This document shows positions 24,201 through 35,811 of a DNA stretch of 64,000 nucleotides, piece after piece. Both the position numbers and the translations under genes were made by a program. The stretch's first letter is position 1. Each line of letters begins with the position of its first letter. Source of the DNA: Macrostomum lignano (Eukaryota); contig NIVC01000725.1 in assembly GCA_002269645.1 (NCBI GenBank), forward strand, positions 496,296 to 560,295, read 5' to 3'. Under the pieces are notes generated by a model that made no database searches, was not told the DNA's origin, and saw nothing but the letters and a program-made list of their open reading frames with translations.

Positions 24201-24723
24201 GAATCGCCCCAATACCCAGTCAAGAATCGCCCCAATACCCAGTCAAGAATCGCCCCAATACCCAGTCAAGAATCGCCCCAATACCCAGTCAAGAATCGCC
24301 CCAATACCCAGTCAAGAATCGCCCCAATACCCAGTCAAGAATCGCCCCAATACCCAGTCAAGAATCGCCCCAATACCCAGTCAAGAATCGCCCCAATACC
24401 CAGTCAAGAATCGCCCCAATACCCAGTCAAGAATCGCCCCGATACCCATCGCGCAACCGCAGGCCAAAGACGCGGTTCACGAGGCCCGGAGGCTCAAGCG
24501 CCAGTCGTTCGACTCGAATTACGACTCGGACCGGTCGGACTTATCCGACGAGCTTATCTGCATGCAGGACTTCCTGCGACCCAACAAGGTGCACCTCATC
24601 CAGCTGCAGAAACAGCTGTTCGAGACCGCCCAGCGGGCGCGAGAACCCGACGACGGTTTTAAAGGCGGCGTTGGTCCGCTGGCCGTGGTCAGTCAGAAGT
24701 TCGACGCTGAACCGGCGTACTGA
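14225..24723 (+). CDS. KCNK13: Two-pore-domain K+ channel, THIK subfamily (KCNK12/13-like), 3 exons, 455 aa
   Basis: Exons 14225-14579, 22737-23488 and 24463-24723 join in frame (1368 nt). DNARFLLLA, RPRWDYSGSFYFVGTVVSTIG|FGMTTP, ILFFNLFLERIIT, WKPSVY, second pore STIGFGD, and C-terminal ICMQDFL..NKVHL..LQKQL..F.GGVGPLAVV are typical of THIK. Orthology to KCNK12 versus KCNK13 is not resolvable by eye. Confidence 0.93.
14733..15220. repeat. (GA)n-rich microsatellite in KCNK intron 1
   Basis: gagaga/gagtga/gtgtgt mosaic. Confidence 0.95.
15870..16265. repeat. (GGAGA)n purine-rich repeat in KCNK intron 1
   Basis: gaggagaggaga pentamer-type array. Confidence 0.93.
16857..17273 (-). other. Candidate nested antisense exon (417 nt, phase 1-1, open) encoding a putative TM segment
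   Basis: Acceptor tctctctctcag, donor G|GTGAGT, 139 stop-free codons, hydrophobic VFVFFTTMLLFLAFTGIYG. No homolog recognised. Confidence 0.4.
17802..18213. mobile_element. MITE with ~38-bp TIRs, 8-bp TSD GTCAGGAG and internal cgcctaaatttca repeats
   Basis: Left gggggcgcttcataagacctaaatttcacaacgcctaaa; right tttaggcgttgtgaaatttaggtcttatgaaagcgtccc. TSD at 17794-17801 and 18214-18221. Confidence 0.85.
19200..19523. mobile_element. Truncated, inverted copy of the AGATCT-rich MITE at 43830-44226
   Basis: Aligns to the reverse complement of ~43830-44155 and ends in ctctaggg. Confidence 0.75.
20345..21195. repeat. GA-rich repeat in KCNK intron 1
   Basis: gagaggga/gagtgaga mosaic with internal block duplications. 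Confidence 0.95.
21709..22730. repeat. 22-bp minisatellite (agacaccaaccccactccactc / agacactaactccactccactc) ending at the KCNK exon 2 acceptor
   Basis: About 1 kb array; the last unit runs into ccatccccag|GG. Confidence 0.96.
23495..24450. repeat. 23-bp minisatellite (cccagtcaagaatcgccccaata; 5' units cccactctatcatcgccccaata) filling KCNK intron 2
   Basis: Lies between donor CAG|GTGAGC (23489) and acceptor ccgcag| (24462). Confidence 0.96.
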
Positions 24724-24844
24724 CTGTTTGTGAATGACCAATTCGTGTACTTTTAAATTATCGACATACATGTATTAAACATTAATCTTATGCGTCATTA
24801 AGTGGCCATGGCGATAGTAGTATACACTGTATGTACATGTAGGT

Positions 24845-25270
24845 TAACAGGTTGGCGCCACTCTCCCTGTGTGTAACAGGTTGGCGCCACTCTCCCTGTG
24901 TGTAACAGGTTGGCGCCACTCTCCCTGTGTGTAACAGGTTGGCGCCATTCTTTCATTTGTGTAACAGGTTGGCGCCACTCTTCCTGTGTGTAACAGGTTG
25001 GCGCCACTCTTCCTGTGTGTAACAGGTTGGCGCCACTTTCCCTGTGTGTACCAGGTTGGCGCCACTCTCCCTGTGTGTAACAGGTTGGCGCCACTCTTCC
25101 TGTGTGTAACAGGTTGGCGCCACTTTCCCTGTGTGTACCAGGTTGGCGCCACTCTCCCTGTGTGTATAACAGGTTGGCGCCATTCTTTCATTTGTGTAAC
25201 AGGTTGGCGCCATTCTCCCTGTGTATAACAGGTTGGCGCCATTCTTCCTGTGTGTATAACAGGTTGGCGC
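24845..25270. repeat. 29-bp minisatellite (aacaggttggcgccactctccctgtgtgt)
   Basis: Tandem copies just 3' of the KCNK stop codon. Confidence 0.95.
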
Positions 25271-26002
25271 CGTTCCGTAAGTTGATGATTTTGCGCTTCA
25301 GAAATTGTTGTTCGAAGTTACTTTTGTCTGACCTTTGCTAGTTACAATTTTATAGTTTGTATTCGCTAACTTATCAAAATGATTACATAAGTGGTCAAAG
25401 CTGTACACTTTCAAAGAATGCATACAATAATTATTAGTGCAATATGTACTGACAAAGTAAACCAGTATACAATGTCATAAACATGAAAATCATTCTTTCC
25501 GTGCGAGTTTCTCAGCCACTTGCTTTCTAATTGCTTAGAGTTTTCCAATGCGTTTAAATTATCCGCCAGCAATGCTACTAAATTTTCACCATTAAGTAGA
25601 CAAGTAGCGCATTTTACAGTCGAAAAATGAAATAAAACATCAAAATATGTAGACTAAAATATTGAAACGTGCACTCATCAACACGAACCACAGTTGGGAC
25701 AATGCAAGAAGCAATTAATATAATTAACCTCATCAAATAAACAAAAGCAATCAGATGGGGGCTGACAGTATTTCACTGCAGAGCAGAGCTTTCACAATGA
25801 AATCAGAATAAGCAGTATAAGGTAGAGAATGGCATCAAGGACTGCACAATTTTACAGACTTGCTTGCTTAAATACGGTATCATGATCTCCAGACTTTGCT
25901 TCAAGGGGTCATCAAGAAATTGCAACGCTAATATAAAGTGGCCTGCGTACAGGATTACAGAATAAAGCTGTCCCTAAATATTGCGTCATTTAGCTGAACT
26001 TT

Positions 26003-26620
26003 ATCATCGCCCCAATACCCACTCTATCATCGCCCCAATACCCACTCTATCATCGCCCCAATACCCACTCTATCAACGCCCCAATACCCACTCTATCAAC
26101 GCCCCAATACCCACTCTATCATCGCCCCAATACCCACTCTATCATCGCCCCAATACCCACTCTATCATCGCCCCAATACCCACTCTATCATCGCCCCAAT
26201 ACCCACTCTATCATCGCCCCAATACCCACTCTATCATCGCCCCAATACCCACTCTATCATCGCCCCAATACCCACTCTATCATCGCCCCAATACCCACTC
26301 TATCAACGCCCCAATACCCACTCTATCATCGCCCCAATACCCACTCTATCATCGCCCCAATACCCACTCTATCATCGCCCCAATACCCACTCTATCATCG
26401 CCCCAATACCCACTCTATCATCTCCCCAATACCCACTCTATCATCGCCCCAATACCCACTCTAGCATCGCCCCAATACCCACTCTATCATCGCCCTTATA
26501 CCCACTCTAGCATTCCTCCAATACCCATTCAAGCATCGCCCCAATACCCAGTCTAGAGTCGCCCCAATACCCACTCTATCATCTCCTCAATACCCACTAT
26601 CATTACCCCAATACCCACTC
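26003..26620. repeat. 23-bp minisatellite (cgccccaatacccactctatcat), same family as the 5' units of KCNK intron 2
   Basis: Near-perfect tandem array. Confidence 0.95.
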
Positions 26621-27169
26621 TAAAGTGGCTCAATAGCCACTAAAAAAGCTGAGATACCCGCTGAAATATTTTCAAGCAAATAATTCCCTAACGTCCCAGC
26701 CATGCTACTTACAGTAGCAATGTAGCATTATAGATATAACATGTCTTAAAAAAACTTCTATTCTAAATATATACATCAAGAGACACATAGAACAAAAGCA
26801 GAAACGAACAGAAGAGGCCACAGTATTATTCATAGGTAAAGTGTGAATCAATCAGCTCTCAGGTCTCGGGATTCTGAATCTATGAATATTTGTATGGGAG
26901 ACAACAGCAAATTACACACTTGGTGAGCGAAGCTTTCTGCCGGGACAAAAAACACAAAAAATGACAGAATGAAGTTGAAGAAGCAGCAAATAAATAACTA
27001 GTAGCAGAGTTTCACGAACCCGTAACCTACAAAAAGTGTATACACAACGCGTTGTGAGCGTCGGTTTATTATATTGTTACCAAACTTAAACACAAGTTAT
27101 CACTGGATGTGTAAAGGGCACGATAGGTTAGGAATGACGGAAAGACCAACAGATTAGAACGCTTCGAGA

Positions 27170-27251
27170 CAGACACAGAAGAGGCAGACAGACACTAAGG
27201 CAGGCAAACAGACACAGACAGACAGACAGATAGACAGACAGACAGACAGAC

Positions 27252-27312
<61 letters not shown>

Positions 27313-27374
27313 CTCAGATAGACAGACAGACAGACACAGAAGAGGCAGACAGACACTAAGGCAGGCAAACAGAC

Positions 27375-27412
<38 letters not shown>

Positions 27413-27510
27413 GGACAGACAGACAGACACAGACAGACAGACGGACAGACAGACAGACATACAGATAGACAGACAGACAGACAGACGGACACACAGACGG
27501 ACACACGCAG
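27170..27510. repeat. (CAGA)n microsatellite with an internal duplicated block, probably in the GOSR1 3' UTR
   Basis: cagacagacaga runs; block gaagaggcagacagacactaaggcaggcaaac occurs twice. Confidence 0.95.
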
Positions 27511-27684
27511 GCAGTGAACGGTTCCATAGCCTACAGTAAGCATAGCGCAGACTTGAACAGCTAAATCAATTCAATCCAAGCCGTCAAAGCGTATAATTGG
27601 AAAACTATTAATAACTGAAGCAATCAATATAGAGAAATAGTTATAATCAAAGTTAAGTTTGGTACACAGGGCAAACTCCAGCCC

Positions 27685-29610
27685 TCACCGGAACACGTAC
27701 ACAATGAGCAGCACCAGGCACAGAGCAGTGACCCCGGCCACCACAATAGCATCGCGCCGCTTCCTCAGGTTGATCTTGTGAATCAGACTGTTCATAGTCG
27801 GGAATCTGGTCGCTACGGCGTTCAAACGATTCTGTACGCCGCGTACGACTCGATTCTGACCGAGCAGATTCTCTTTAACAGACATGGCCAGGTCGATCTG
27901 CTGGTCAGCCAGTCTCTCGCTAGACTTCAGCGATTCATTCTCGGACAGAATCAGGCCGGTCCGGCCTTGAGCTCGGAAAGCGTTGATGTCGGTTCGAACC
28001 GAGCCGAGTAGTTCCTCCCGCTCCCTGGCAGCTTCAATGTTGTGCCGGGTGCGTTGGAACTCTTTCTGATAGTCGGTCAGGATGTCCCGATGCCGCTGCA
28101 GGGTGTGTAGAGAGCCGGCGCCGCTCTCCACGCACTCGGTCATGGCTGAGTGGCAGGACGACAGCTCGCCTGAAGGGGGGGGGGGGGTAGGGGCCAGGTA
28201 ACTTTGCAGGTCATTCATTTCAAAATCAATAGATTAGTAGATTGTTTTCCGATAACAAGACTCTCGTGAGCCTGGAATTCCTGCGTTTTAGAGGTTGATC
28301 CAGGTCTTAGGGATTCTCTTCTTTAAGGATTAAGGAGAATTTTGGAACCTCAAAAATCGAGAGGAATTTCCGAACCTCAAGGATCAACGGCAATTCCTGT
28401 TCGTCAAGGATCAAGGGGAATTCCCAAACCATACCTGATCAAGGATTAAGGATCAAGTAGTCAAGGAATAAGGGAAATTCCCGAAGCTTGAAACTTAAAG
28501 ATCAAGGGGAATTTCCGATTCTCAAAGATCAGGGGGAGTTCCTAATCCTCAAGGATCAAGGGAAATTCCTAATACTTAAAGATCAAGGGTAATTTCTGAT
28601 CATTAAAGATCAACGGCAATTTCTGATCGTAAAGGATCAAGGGGAATTCCCAAAGCTTAAGGATCAATGGGAATTCCCGAACCGCAAAGATCATGGGGAT
28701 TTTCCGAACCGCAAAGATCAAGGGGAATTCCTGATCGTCTAGGTCCTAGGGGAATTCCTAAACCTCAAATATCAAGGGGAATTCCCGAACCTCAAAGATA
28801 AAGGGGAATTCCCGATTATCAAATATCAAGGGGAATTCCCGAACCTCAAAGATTAGGGGAATTCCCGATCATAAAAAATCTAAGAAAATTCCCGAACCTC
28901 AAAAAATTAATGGGAATTCCCAAACCTCAAAGATCAAGGGGAATTCCCGAACCTCAAAGATTAAGGGGAATTCCCGAACCTCAAAGATTAAGGGGAATTC
29001 CTGATCATAAAAAATCGAAGGGAAATCCCGAACCTCAAAAGATTAATGAGAATTCACAAACCTCAAAGATCAAGGGGAATTCCCGAACCTCAAAAGATTA
29101 ATGGGAATTCCCGAACCTCAAAGATCAAGGGAATTCCCAAACCTCAAAGATCAAGGGGAATTCCCGAACCTCAAAGATTAAGGGGAGTTCCCGATCATAA
29201 AAAATCAAAGGGAATTCCCGAACCTCAAAAGATTAATGGGAATTCCTAAACCTCAAAGATCAAGGGAATTCCCGAATCTCAAAGATCAAGGGGAATTCCT
29301 GATCGTAAAGTTCCCGCGGAATATCTGATTTTCAAATACAAAGACAAATGCTAGCTAGTTTCCTATGCTACTAAAATTCCAATTTCCCACACCCGCAACT
29401 CTCACTTAATAGACGCTCCACCTCCGCGCTCATCGAGGCCAGCATGTGACCGCCAGTTTCGCTGCCACCGCCGCCGCCGCGACCCGAACTGGCGCCCAGC
29501 TTGGACAGGCTGACCAGCTTCTGGTCTAGCGAGTTCTCCAGCTGACGCGCCCGCCGTCGAACTTCTTCCCAACGCCTCGCCTGCTGCGCAAGGCCACCGG
29601 TGGCTTCCAT
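27685..29610 (-). CDS. GOSR1: Golgi SNARE GOSR1/Gos28, 2 exons, 229 aa
   Basis: Exons 29610-29406 and 28169-27685 with a phase-1 intron GTGAGA...cttcag (690 nt). WEEVRRRARQLENSLDQKLVSLSKL, HTLQRHRDILTDYQKEF, RFPTMNSLIHKINLRKRRDAIVVAGV plus C-terminal TM anchor. An alternative ATG lies at 29616. Confidence 0.93.
28340..29310. repeat. 27-bp minisatellite (ggggaattcccgaacctcaaagatcaa) filling the GOSR1 intron
   Basis: Each unit carries the palindrome GGGAATTCCC. Degenerate at the low-coordinate end, homogeneous near 28750-29300. Confidence 0.93.
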
Positions 29611-30660
29611 AAACATTTACTTATTAAATAATTAATTATTTTACAGATAACCAGTTCAGACGCCAATAATATTAATAGTTGAGCAGCACATAAAAGCATA
29701 TTTGATACTGGATTAATGAATTTTTAATTCTTATTTCATAACTTTCACAATACATGGGATGGAATTTTTGGTGCTGATATTAATTTTAAACACATCCTAG
29801 ATTTATCAATTAGAATTCATTTTAACAAAATGAGATACTTACAGATACATGTTGGCAAGTTATGCAACATACATAGAATTTCCTACTTCTAGTAGCTTTG
29901 GATTTCTCTAAGCCTTTATTCAAGTATGAATGTGAATTTGAACTTCGAATAGTCTTTTGACTTTTATGTTTATAAGAAAATTAATGATTGTCATTTCATA
30001 ACAAATTTCATAAAAATAAAATGCAAAAAATGATATAGATGCTATCACAAAAAAGAAACAATTAATAATTACTCATTAAGATTTATGCCAATGGTACCAA
30101 GTTGCATACTTTCATTTTTTTCTTTTGTGCTAAATGCAGCAAGTGCACTGGAGAAATGGCCAATTTGTACCAGAAAAGTTAGTGAAATCTACTACTTTTC
30201 TGACTATAAAGGATAATCAAAAAGTTCAGCAACTTACTCTTCTATAGTCATTTTAACTATACCAAATGAACTTAAATACTATACAAGATGACTAATTTTG
30301 TTATTAAGTGTGGAATTTTGTTGACATTTATTAATTAGTTATGTGGTTAAATTCCAACCATTTCTAGTTTTTTGCTTCTATATAGAACTTTCCGAAGACC
30401 ATGTTTGATTCTTTATCTATATATATACAGCTAAGTCAAAGAGCTATAGATATCTACCAATTTGGCTTTAGTTTTTCCTGAATTTGTACCATCTTTTGAT
30501 ATTATAGCATATTGGTTTGATAGTCAATTGAGTATCTAAGATAGACCCAGTCTAGGCAACCTTGGATATCTATGACTAAGGAGATAATAACCTTAGTCAC
30601 TAGGCAAAAGCCATTGTGTATGAAGATTAACGCTTGATACTAAGATTCCTTGCTTATAAG

Positions 30661-30951
30661 CATATATGCGCAACCTCCAAAATTCAGTTGGCTGTGCAAC
30701 TTAGTTTTAACAAAAATGCAACATAGTTTTTGGCCAAAAATGCGACTTACATGAAAAAAAATGCAAAATCAACGCAACTTTGGGTAAATGGCAGGAGTAA
30801 CTATGACTTTCTTATTAAGTCAAAATGTCTCATCAGCTACTTAGTACTACTACTCTGGTGTTTTTTGGGTGGGCATTTTTGCAACTTCCTTAGTTGGCCG
30901 CCAAATCAGTTAGCCGGATCAGCCAACTTGGCCGACTGTTGCGCATGTATG
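30661..30951. mobile_element. 291-bp MITE, TIR CATA(C/T)ATGCGCAAC, 8-bp TSD CTTATAAG
   Basis: TSD at 30653-30660 and 30952-30959. Aligns with 51878-52175. Confidence 0.88.
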
Positions 30952-33229
30952 CTTATAAGCTTAGTATAAGCTATAGTAGTACTCACAAGTCACAACATTA
31001 AATACATATAAACAGCCTAGCTACAGTAAAACTTGTGCATGTTGGTTGCTATATTTGCTTATAGTAGAGCAATCAACTAAGCATATTAAGCATTTGCTAA
31101 GGCTATAGATGTTTAAAACCAATAGCCTTAAAAGGTTTCTGATATTATGATAAACAACAAATAATAGATTTTTTTAGAAAAAAAGGCTGTCTAGCATACA
31201 TGTATTCTAGTTGACCAAAAGAATACATTTAACCTTTTATAAGGTATTGTACTTGCACAATGCAAAGGCCTAATCAAAAAGAATTTAGGAAACTCTTTGT
31301 AAAGAGGACAGTTTAAGCATAGGCATATCAACATATTAAGAGTCTTGATTTGTAGTCAATAGTGCTCAAGAGACTTCAGTCTAATAAGAAGCAAGAAGCC
31401 TTGCTCCACAATGGCATTCTCTGGAAAAAACAATGAATATCAGCAATCAGCATTATCTTGGCCAAGCAGGATAGATGTGGCCAGTCATTGGATTGGCATA
31501 TAGCTATTATTAGAAGTTCCCACCAGCTAGCTTGGTCTTGATATCTCTGGCTTGCAATTGATTACTCAAAGCCATTTCTAGCTATATAGGATCTAGATTC
31601 TAGGGCCTATATGTTGCTTGAGAAAATATCTTGGGCCTAGGTGTGTCAACTCATAGGTTAGTTTTTAGTGTACTGCCAAAAGTAAGGGTCCATGTACCGT
31701 AGCCATAGCCATAAACAAAACTATGGCTTATTCCAATTCTCCATATTTTATAGCCATAGGGACTCCAATATTACCATATTCCCATAGCTGTAGCCATAGC
31801 CATAGCCGTAGTTTTGACAAAATTCTTGGAAATAAAGTACTTTGAATTAGGAAGGTATAAGCCTAATACTTAAATAACTGCAAGGGTTGTTTAAAAGACT
31901 GCAAAGAAAAACATTTTTTGCAAAAAAAAACTCTGCAAACTAGCAGTGTCAAACAAAAGGTTTTGTTATCAACATTACAAAAACATGTATAAAAGCAGAG
32001 GAAACACTAAGAAAGCATTTATTTGTCATATTTGTTTATTTATACTAAAAACCACAATTCCAAATTAACTAACCTTAATCCAACGAAAGAAAACTTTTTA
32101 ATAAAATAAAAATATGTATACAATACAATCAGCAAACTAGCACCAAGTAAATTTTTTTCTATAGTAAAGTATAAACTATAAAGTGTATTTGTTAATATAT
32201 TCATAGTTGATTACACCAAATGATTTTAACTCCGAAACACCAAAACACCAAAATATCAATTTTTAATTAATTAGGTGAAAACAAACTGACCTTATTCACA
32301 TGGATTAAAGTTGAAAATTGCTGTGTTTTTTAAATTTTATAAATTATGATACACTTTACTAAATTATCTTTGTTTTACTTTATCCATTTCTAATATTTTT
32401 TAATTTTTTTTAATTTATAACTATGGCTACAGGAATCTATAGAATATGACAGCAACTACTATATTTCTGTAGTTGTAGCCATAAGAGCAGCTATTTACTA
32501 TAGGCATATCCGTAGCTGCCATAGGCACCTATTTTACCATATGTGCCATGGGATCCCATAGCCATAGCTACAGCTATGGCGGAACACTATAATTAGTTTT
32601 AGAAGGATTGCTAGCATAGGCCTAGGGCCTATATGCATACATGCGCAACTTCTGAAATTACGCTGGCCGTGCGACTTAGTTTTCGATAAAAAATGCGACT
32701 TACCTATGAAAGAGCCAAGCAAAAACTTTAGGTAAACGGCAGGAGTAACTATGACCATATTTTTAAAGCTAAATGCCTCGCCAGCTAATTAGTGCTGCGT
32801 GCAGATTCCGCGTTTTTATAACAGCTAATCAGTATGTCATCTAGTGGCGGCATGAAGCAATTGGTAAATTGTCAGTACAGTGTAGTGAGCATACTACAAA
32901 AGTCATGATTCATGAATGTCCAGAAGTAAGTGAAGTGAATACAGTGTGGCCTATAGCTCAAGAACGATTTGCTAGACGATTTGGCATGGAAGATGAGAGC
33001 CCTGATTCAGATGGCTCATCAGATGCATTATACGAATCCAGTAGAGATACAAGCTGTGAAAACCCACAGATTTTTAAACCACTGAATTCTAATTCCCGGA
33101 ACTATTTTTGCATAGATTCTAAATTTGAAGTCATGCTCAAACAAAAACTTGTTAACAGTTAGGAAAAAGGCAAAGATGGGAGTAATGCATGTTAAACTAA
33201 GATTTGAGGCCTTTGCAAATTCTCTCCAT

Positions 33230-33900
33230 TCCTCAATCTTCTCATCCTCTTTTTCTTTTCTCTCTCATCCCTTATCCCTTCTCTCTTTCCTCTCCTCTCT
33301 CCTCTCTTTCCTCTCCTCTCCTATCTCTTCTGTCTCCTCTCTACATTCTTATCTCTCCTCTCGTCTCTCTCCATTCCACTCTACTCTCTCATCTTATCTT
33401 CCCTCTCGTCTCTCTCCACTCTACTCTCTCATCTTATCTCTCCTCTCTTTTCTACTCTCTTATCTCTCCTCCCTCTCTTCACTCTCCTCTCATCTCCTCT
33501 TTATCCTCTCTTCTCTCATCTACTCTCTCCTCTTTCCTCTTTCCTCTCTTCTGATCTCATCCATCATCTTTTCTTTCCTCTTTCCTCTCATCTCCTCTTC
33601 TCTCTCATCTCTTTTTCCTCCCTCAGCTTTTCTCTCCTCTTCTATCTTTTCTCCCATCGCATCGCTCGCCTCTCCTCTGTTTGCTTATCTCTAATCTTCT
33701 ATTCCCTCTACTTTGAAGTAAGAAAATATGCACATATTTTTGCTGAAGATAAGAGAGAAGAGGGCATTGAGGAAAAAGGGTAGAGAGAAAGGGGGGAGAA
33801 GAGAGGAGAGTAAAAATGAGAGGAGAGAGAAGAGGGAAAAGGGGGGGAGAGAGAAGAGGGGAGGCAAGGTAGAGAAGAAGAGAGAGATGATGAGAGTTGA
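33230..33900. repeat. CT-rich tract (33230-33690) followed by GA-rich tract (33735-33900)
   Basis: Low-complexity polypyrimidine then polypurine sequence. Confidence 0.9.
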
Positions 33901-34169
33901 AGAGACACCAACCTTGCTACGAGTAGTTAGTAAGTTAGGAAGTTTCAAAGAACCCGAGGGGCGAGGGCCAGATAGAGGGGCTTCGCGAGCCGGAGTTTGC
34001 CAACCCCTGCTCCAGAGTTTAAGAAATCAATGGGAAACTGTTGACGCGGGCTTCTGATTTCAAAGATCTTGTCTGTGGTTGAAGGCTTCTATTCTGTTTT
34101 TGCTCTTCTGCCACACTTGCACCTACTACCCCCTGATTGCCTCTGATTGTGACTTACTTCCCTCTTATT

Positions 34170-35620
34170 GCGACTTAGTTGCTTCTTTTTGCGACTTACC
34201 TAATCCTTTTTGCGACTTACCTAATCCTTTTTGCGACTTACTTAATCCTTTTTGCGACTTACCTGATCCTTTTTGCGACTTACCTGACCCTTTTGCGACT
34301 TACCTAATGGCCCATTCCATATAAGATGGACATATTTGGAAAAAAGAAAAAAGTCAATATTTTTGCTTGTCATTGCCTTATCAGCCAATTTTTTTTACCA
34401 AATCTTTTTTGTATGTAATGTATACAATCTAAGAAAAAATAAATGATAAAATGTTGGATTAGTATGTTATCAATTGGCAAAAAGTTATTTTTGTAAAAAA
34501 TTAGACATTTTCTAAGCAAAAGACATCATTAAGTTTATGTACCTTTTAAAAACAAATAGAAAGCTTTAGAAGGTTAAAACAAACTATATATAAAATTATA
34601 GTACTTGCATCATCGGATAAAAACATTAGCAACCATATAATCTATTATATTTTTAATATATTAGTACTTCAAAGTTACTGAATTGACAGAAAAAAATATG
34701 TTACGACCATAATGTTACGACCATAAGGCTGCCTTTTCTTTTGTATCTTTGTTGCCTTTTTGAGTTTATATATTCTAATAAAAGAGTATGACTTCTAAAG
34801 ATGTTCTTAGTCAAATTTAAAAAAAAATTATTGCAAAATATCAAAAATGAAAAATTTTATAAGACTTTTATCTTTTAGTTTCTATATGTCAAAAATCCTG
34901 TTGTTACAACCATAAGTGCCATTCAAGGTTTAATAACATCTATACTAATGATGATATCTATATGAAACTTTATAAACATATTCTTGACAAAATAATCTTT
35001 CATTCAAAATATTGGTTTAGTATATTCTATTATTAGATTTCATTTTATAAGTAAAAATAGTCTGTCATGTTACGACCATAATTATATGGAATGGCCCTAA
35101 TCCTTTTGCGACTTACCTGATCCTTTTTGCGACTTACCTGACCCTTTTGCGACTTACCTAACCCTTTTGCGACTTACCTGACCCTTTTGCGACTTACCTA
35201 ATCCTTTTGCGACTTACCTGATCCTTTTGCGACTTACCTGACCCTTTTGCGACTTACCTAACCCTTTTGCGACTTACCTGATCCTTTTGCGACTTACCTG
35301 ATCCTTTTGCGACTTAGCTGATCCTTTTGCGACTTACCTGACCCTTTTGCGACTTACCTAATCCTTTTGCGACTTACCTGATCCTTTTTGCGACTTACCT
35401 GACCCTTTTGCGACTTACCTAACCCTTTTGCGACTTACCTGATCCTTTTTGCGACTTAGTTTGCTTCTTTTGCGACTTACCTGATCCTTTTTGCGACTTA
35501 CCTGACCCTTTTGCGACTTACCTAACCCTTTTGCGACTTACCTGATCCTTTTTGCGACTTACCTAACCCTTTTGCGACTTACCTGATCCTTTTTGCGACT
35601 TAGTTTGCTTCTTTTGCGAA
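34170..35620. repeat. 20-21-bp minisatellite (ttttgcgacttacctgaccc) interrupted by a MITE
   Basis: Units at 34170-34307 and 35101-35620. Confidence 0.93.
34308..35097. mobile_element. 790-bp PIF/Harbinger-like MITE, TIR GGCCATTCCATATAA, TSD TAA
   Basis: Inserted at cc-TAA-tcc of a repeat unit, with TAA duplicated at 34305-34307 and 35098-35100. GGCC-start TIR plus TAA TSD is typical of Harbinger. Confidence 0.8.
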
Positions 35621-35811
35621 TTGTTTTTCTTTTGCTTTACCATTTTCCCTGAACTGCTCTTTCTTTCGCTTTCCTCTTGCCTTTCTTGGTTCTTGTGTTT
35701 TTCTGTTTTTGGTTGACTCAATTTTGCGACTTACCCCTGGTCAGCCACGATTTACGGTGGCCGGATCGGCCAGGTCGGCCAGCAGTTGCGCATGTATGCC
35801 TATATGTCATA

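Larger units (their letters stand above)
32636..35798. mobile_element. 3.16-kb member of the CATACATGCGCAAC-TIR family with cargo, 8-bp TSD CCTATATG
   Basis: Left arm 32636-32795 and right arm ~35720-35798 match the MITE. TSD at 32628-32635 and 35799-35806. Interior holds a 97-codon ORF, CT/GA repeats, a 20-21-bp array and a nested MITE. An 8-bp TSD suggests hAT or P superfamily (inference). Confidence 0.82.

Noticed and set aside
22745-24733. 662-aa ORF as the true channel C-terminus
   Set aside because: The conserved THIK tail is in another frame and is recovered by a canonical GT-AG intron at 23489-24462.
25981-26556. 191-aa Pro/His-rich ORF
   Set aside because: Pure translation of a 23-bp array beginning at a TTG, with no splice or domain support.
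4390-29310. CRISPR-like arrays of 22-29-bp repeats
   Set aside because: The units are head-to-tail with no unique spacers, there are no cas genes, and the context is eukaryotic.
31685-32590. Segment with GCCATAG-rich ends in both orientations (possible MITE)
   Set aside because: I could not define matching TIRs or a TSD.
33985-34012. hAT/Charlie-like terminus cagggttggcaaactccggctcgcg (minus); similar caggggtgtcaa at ~44712 and ~55618
   Set aside because: No partner TIR or TSD found; too short to call.
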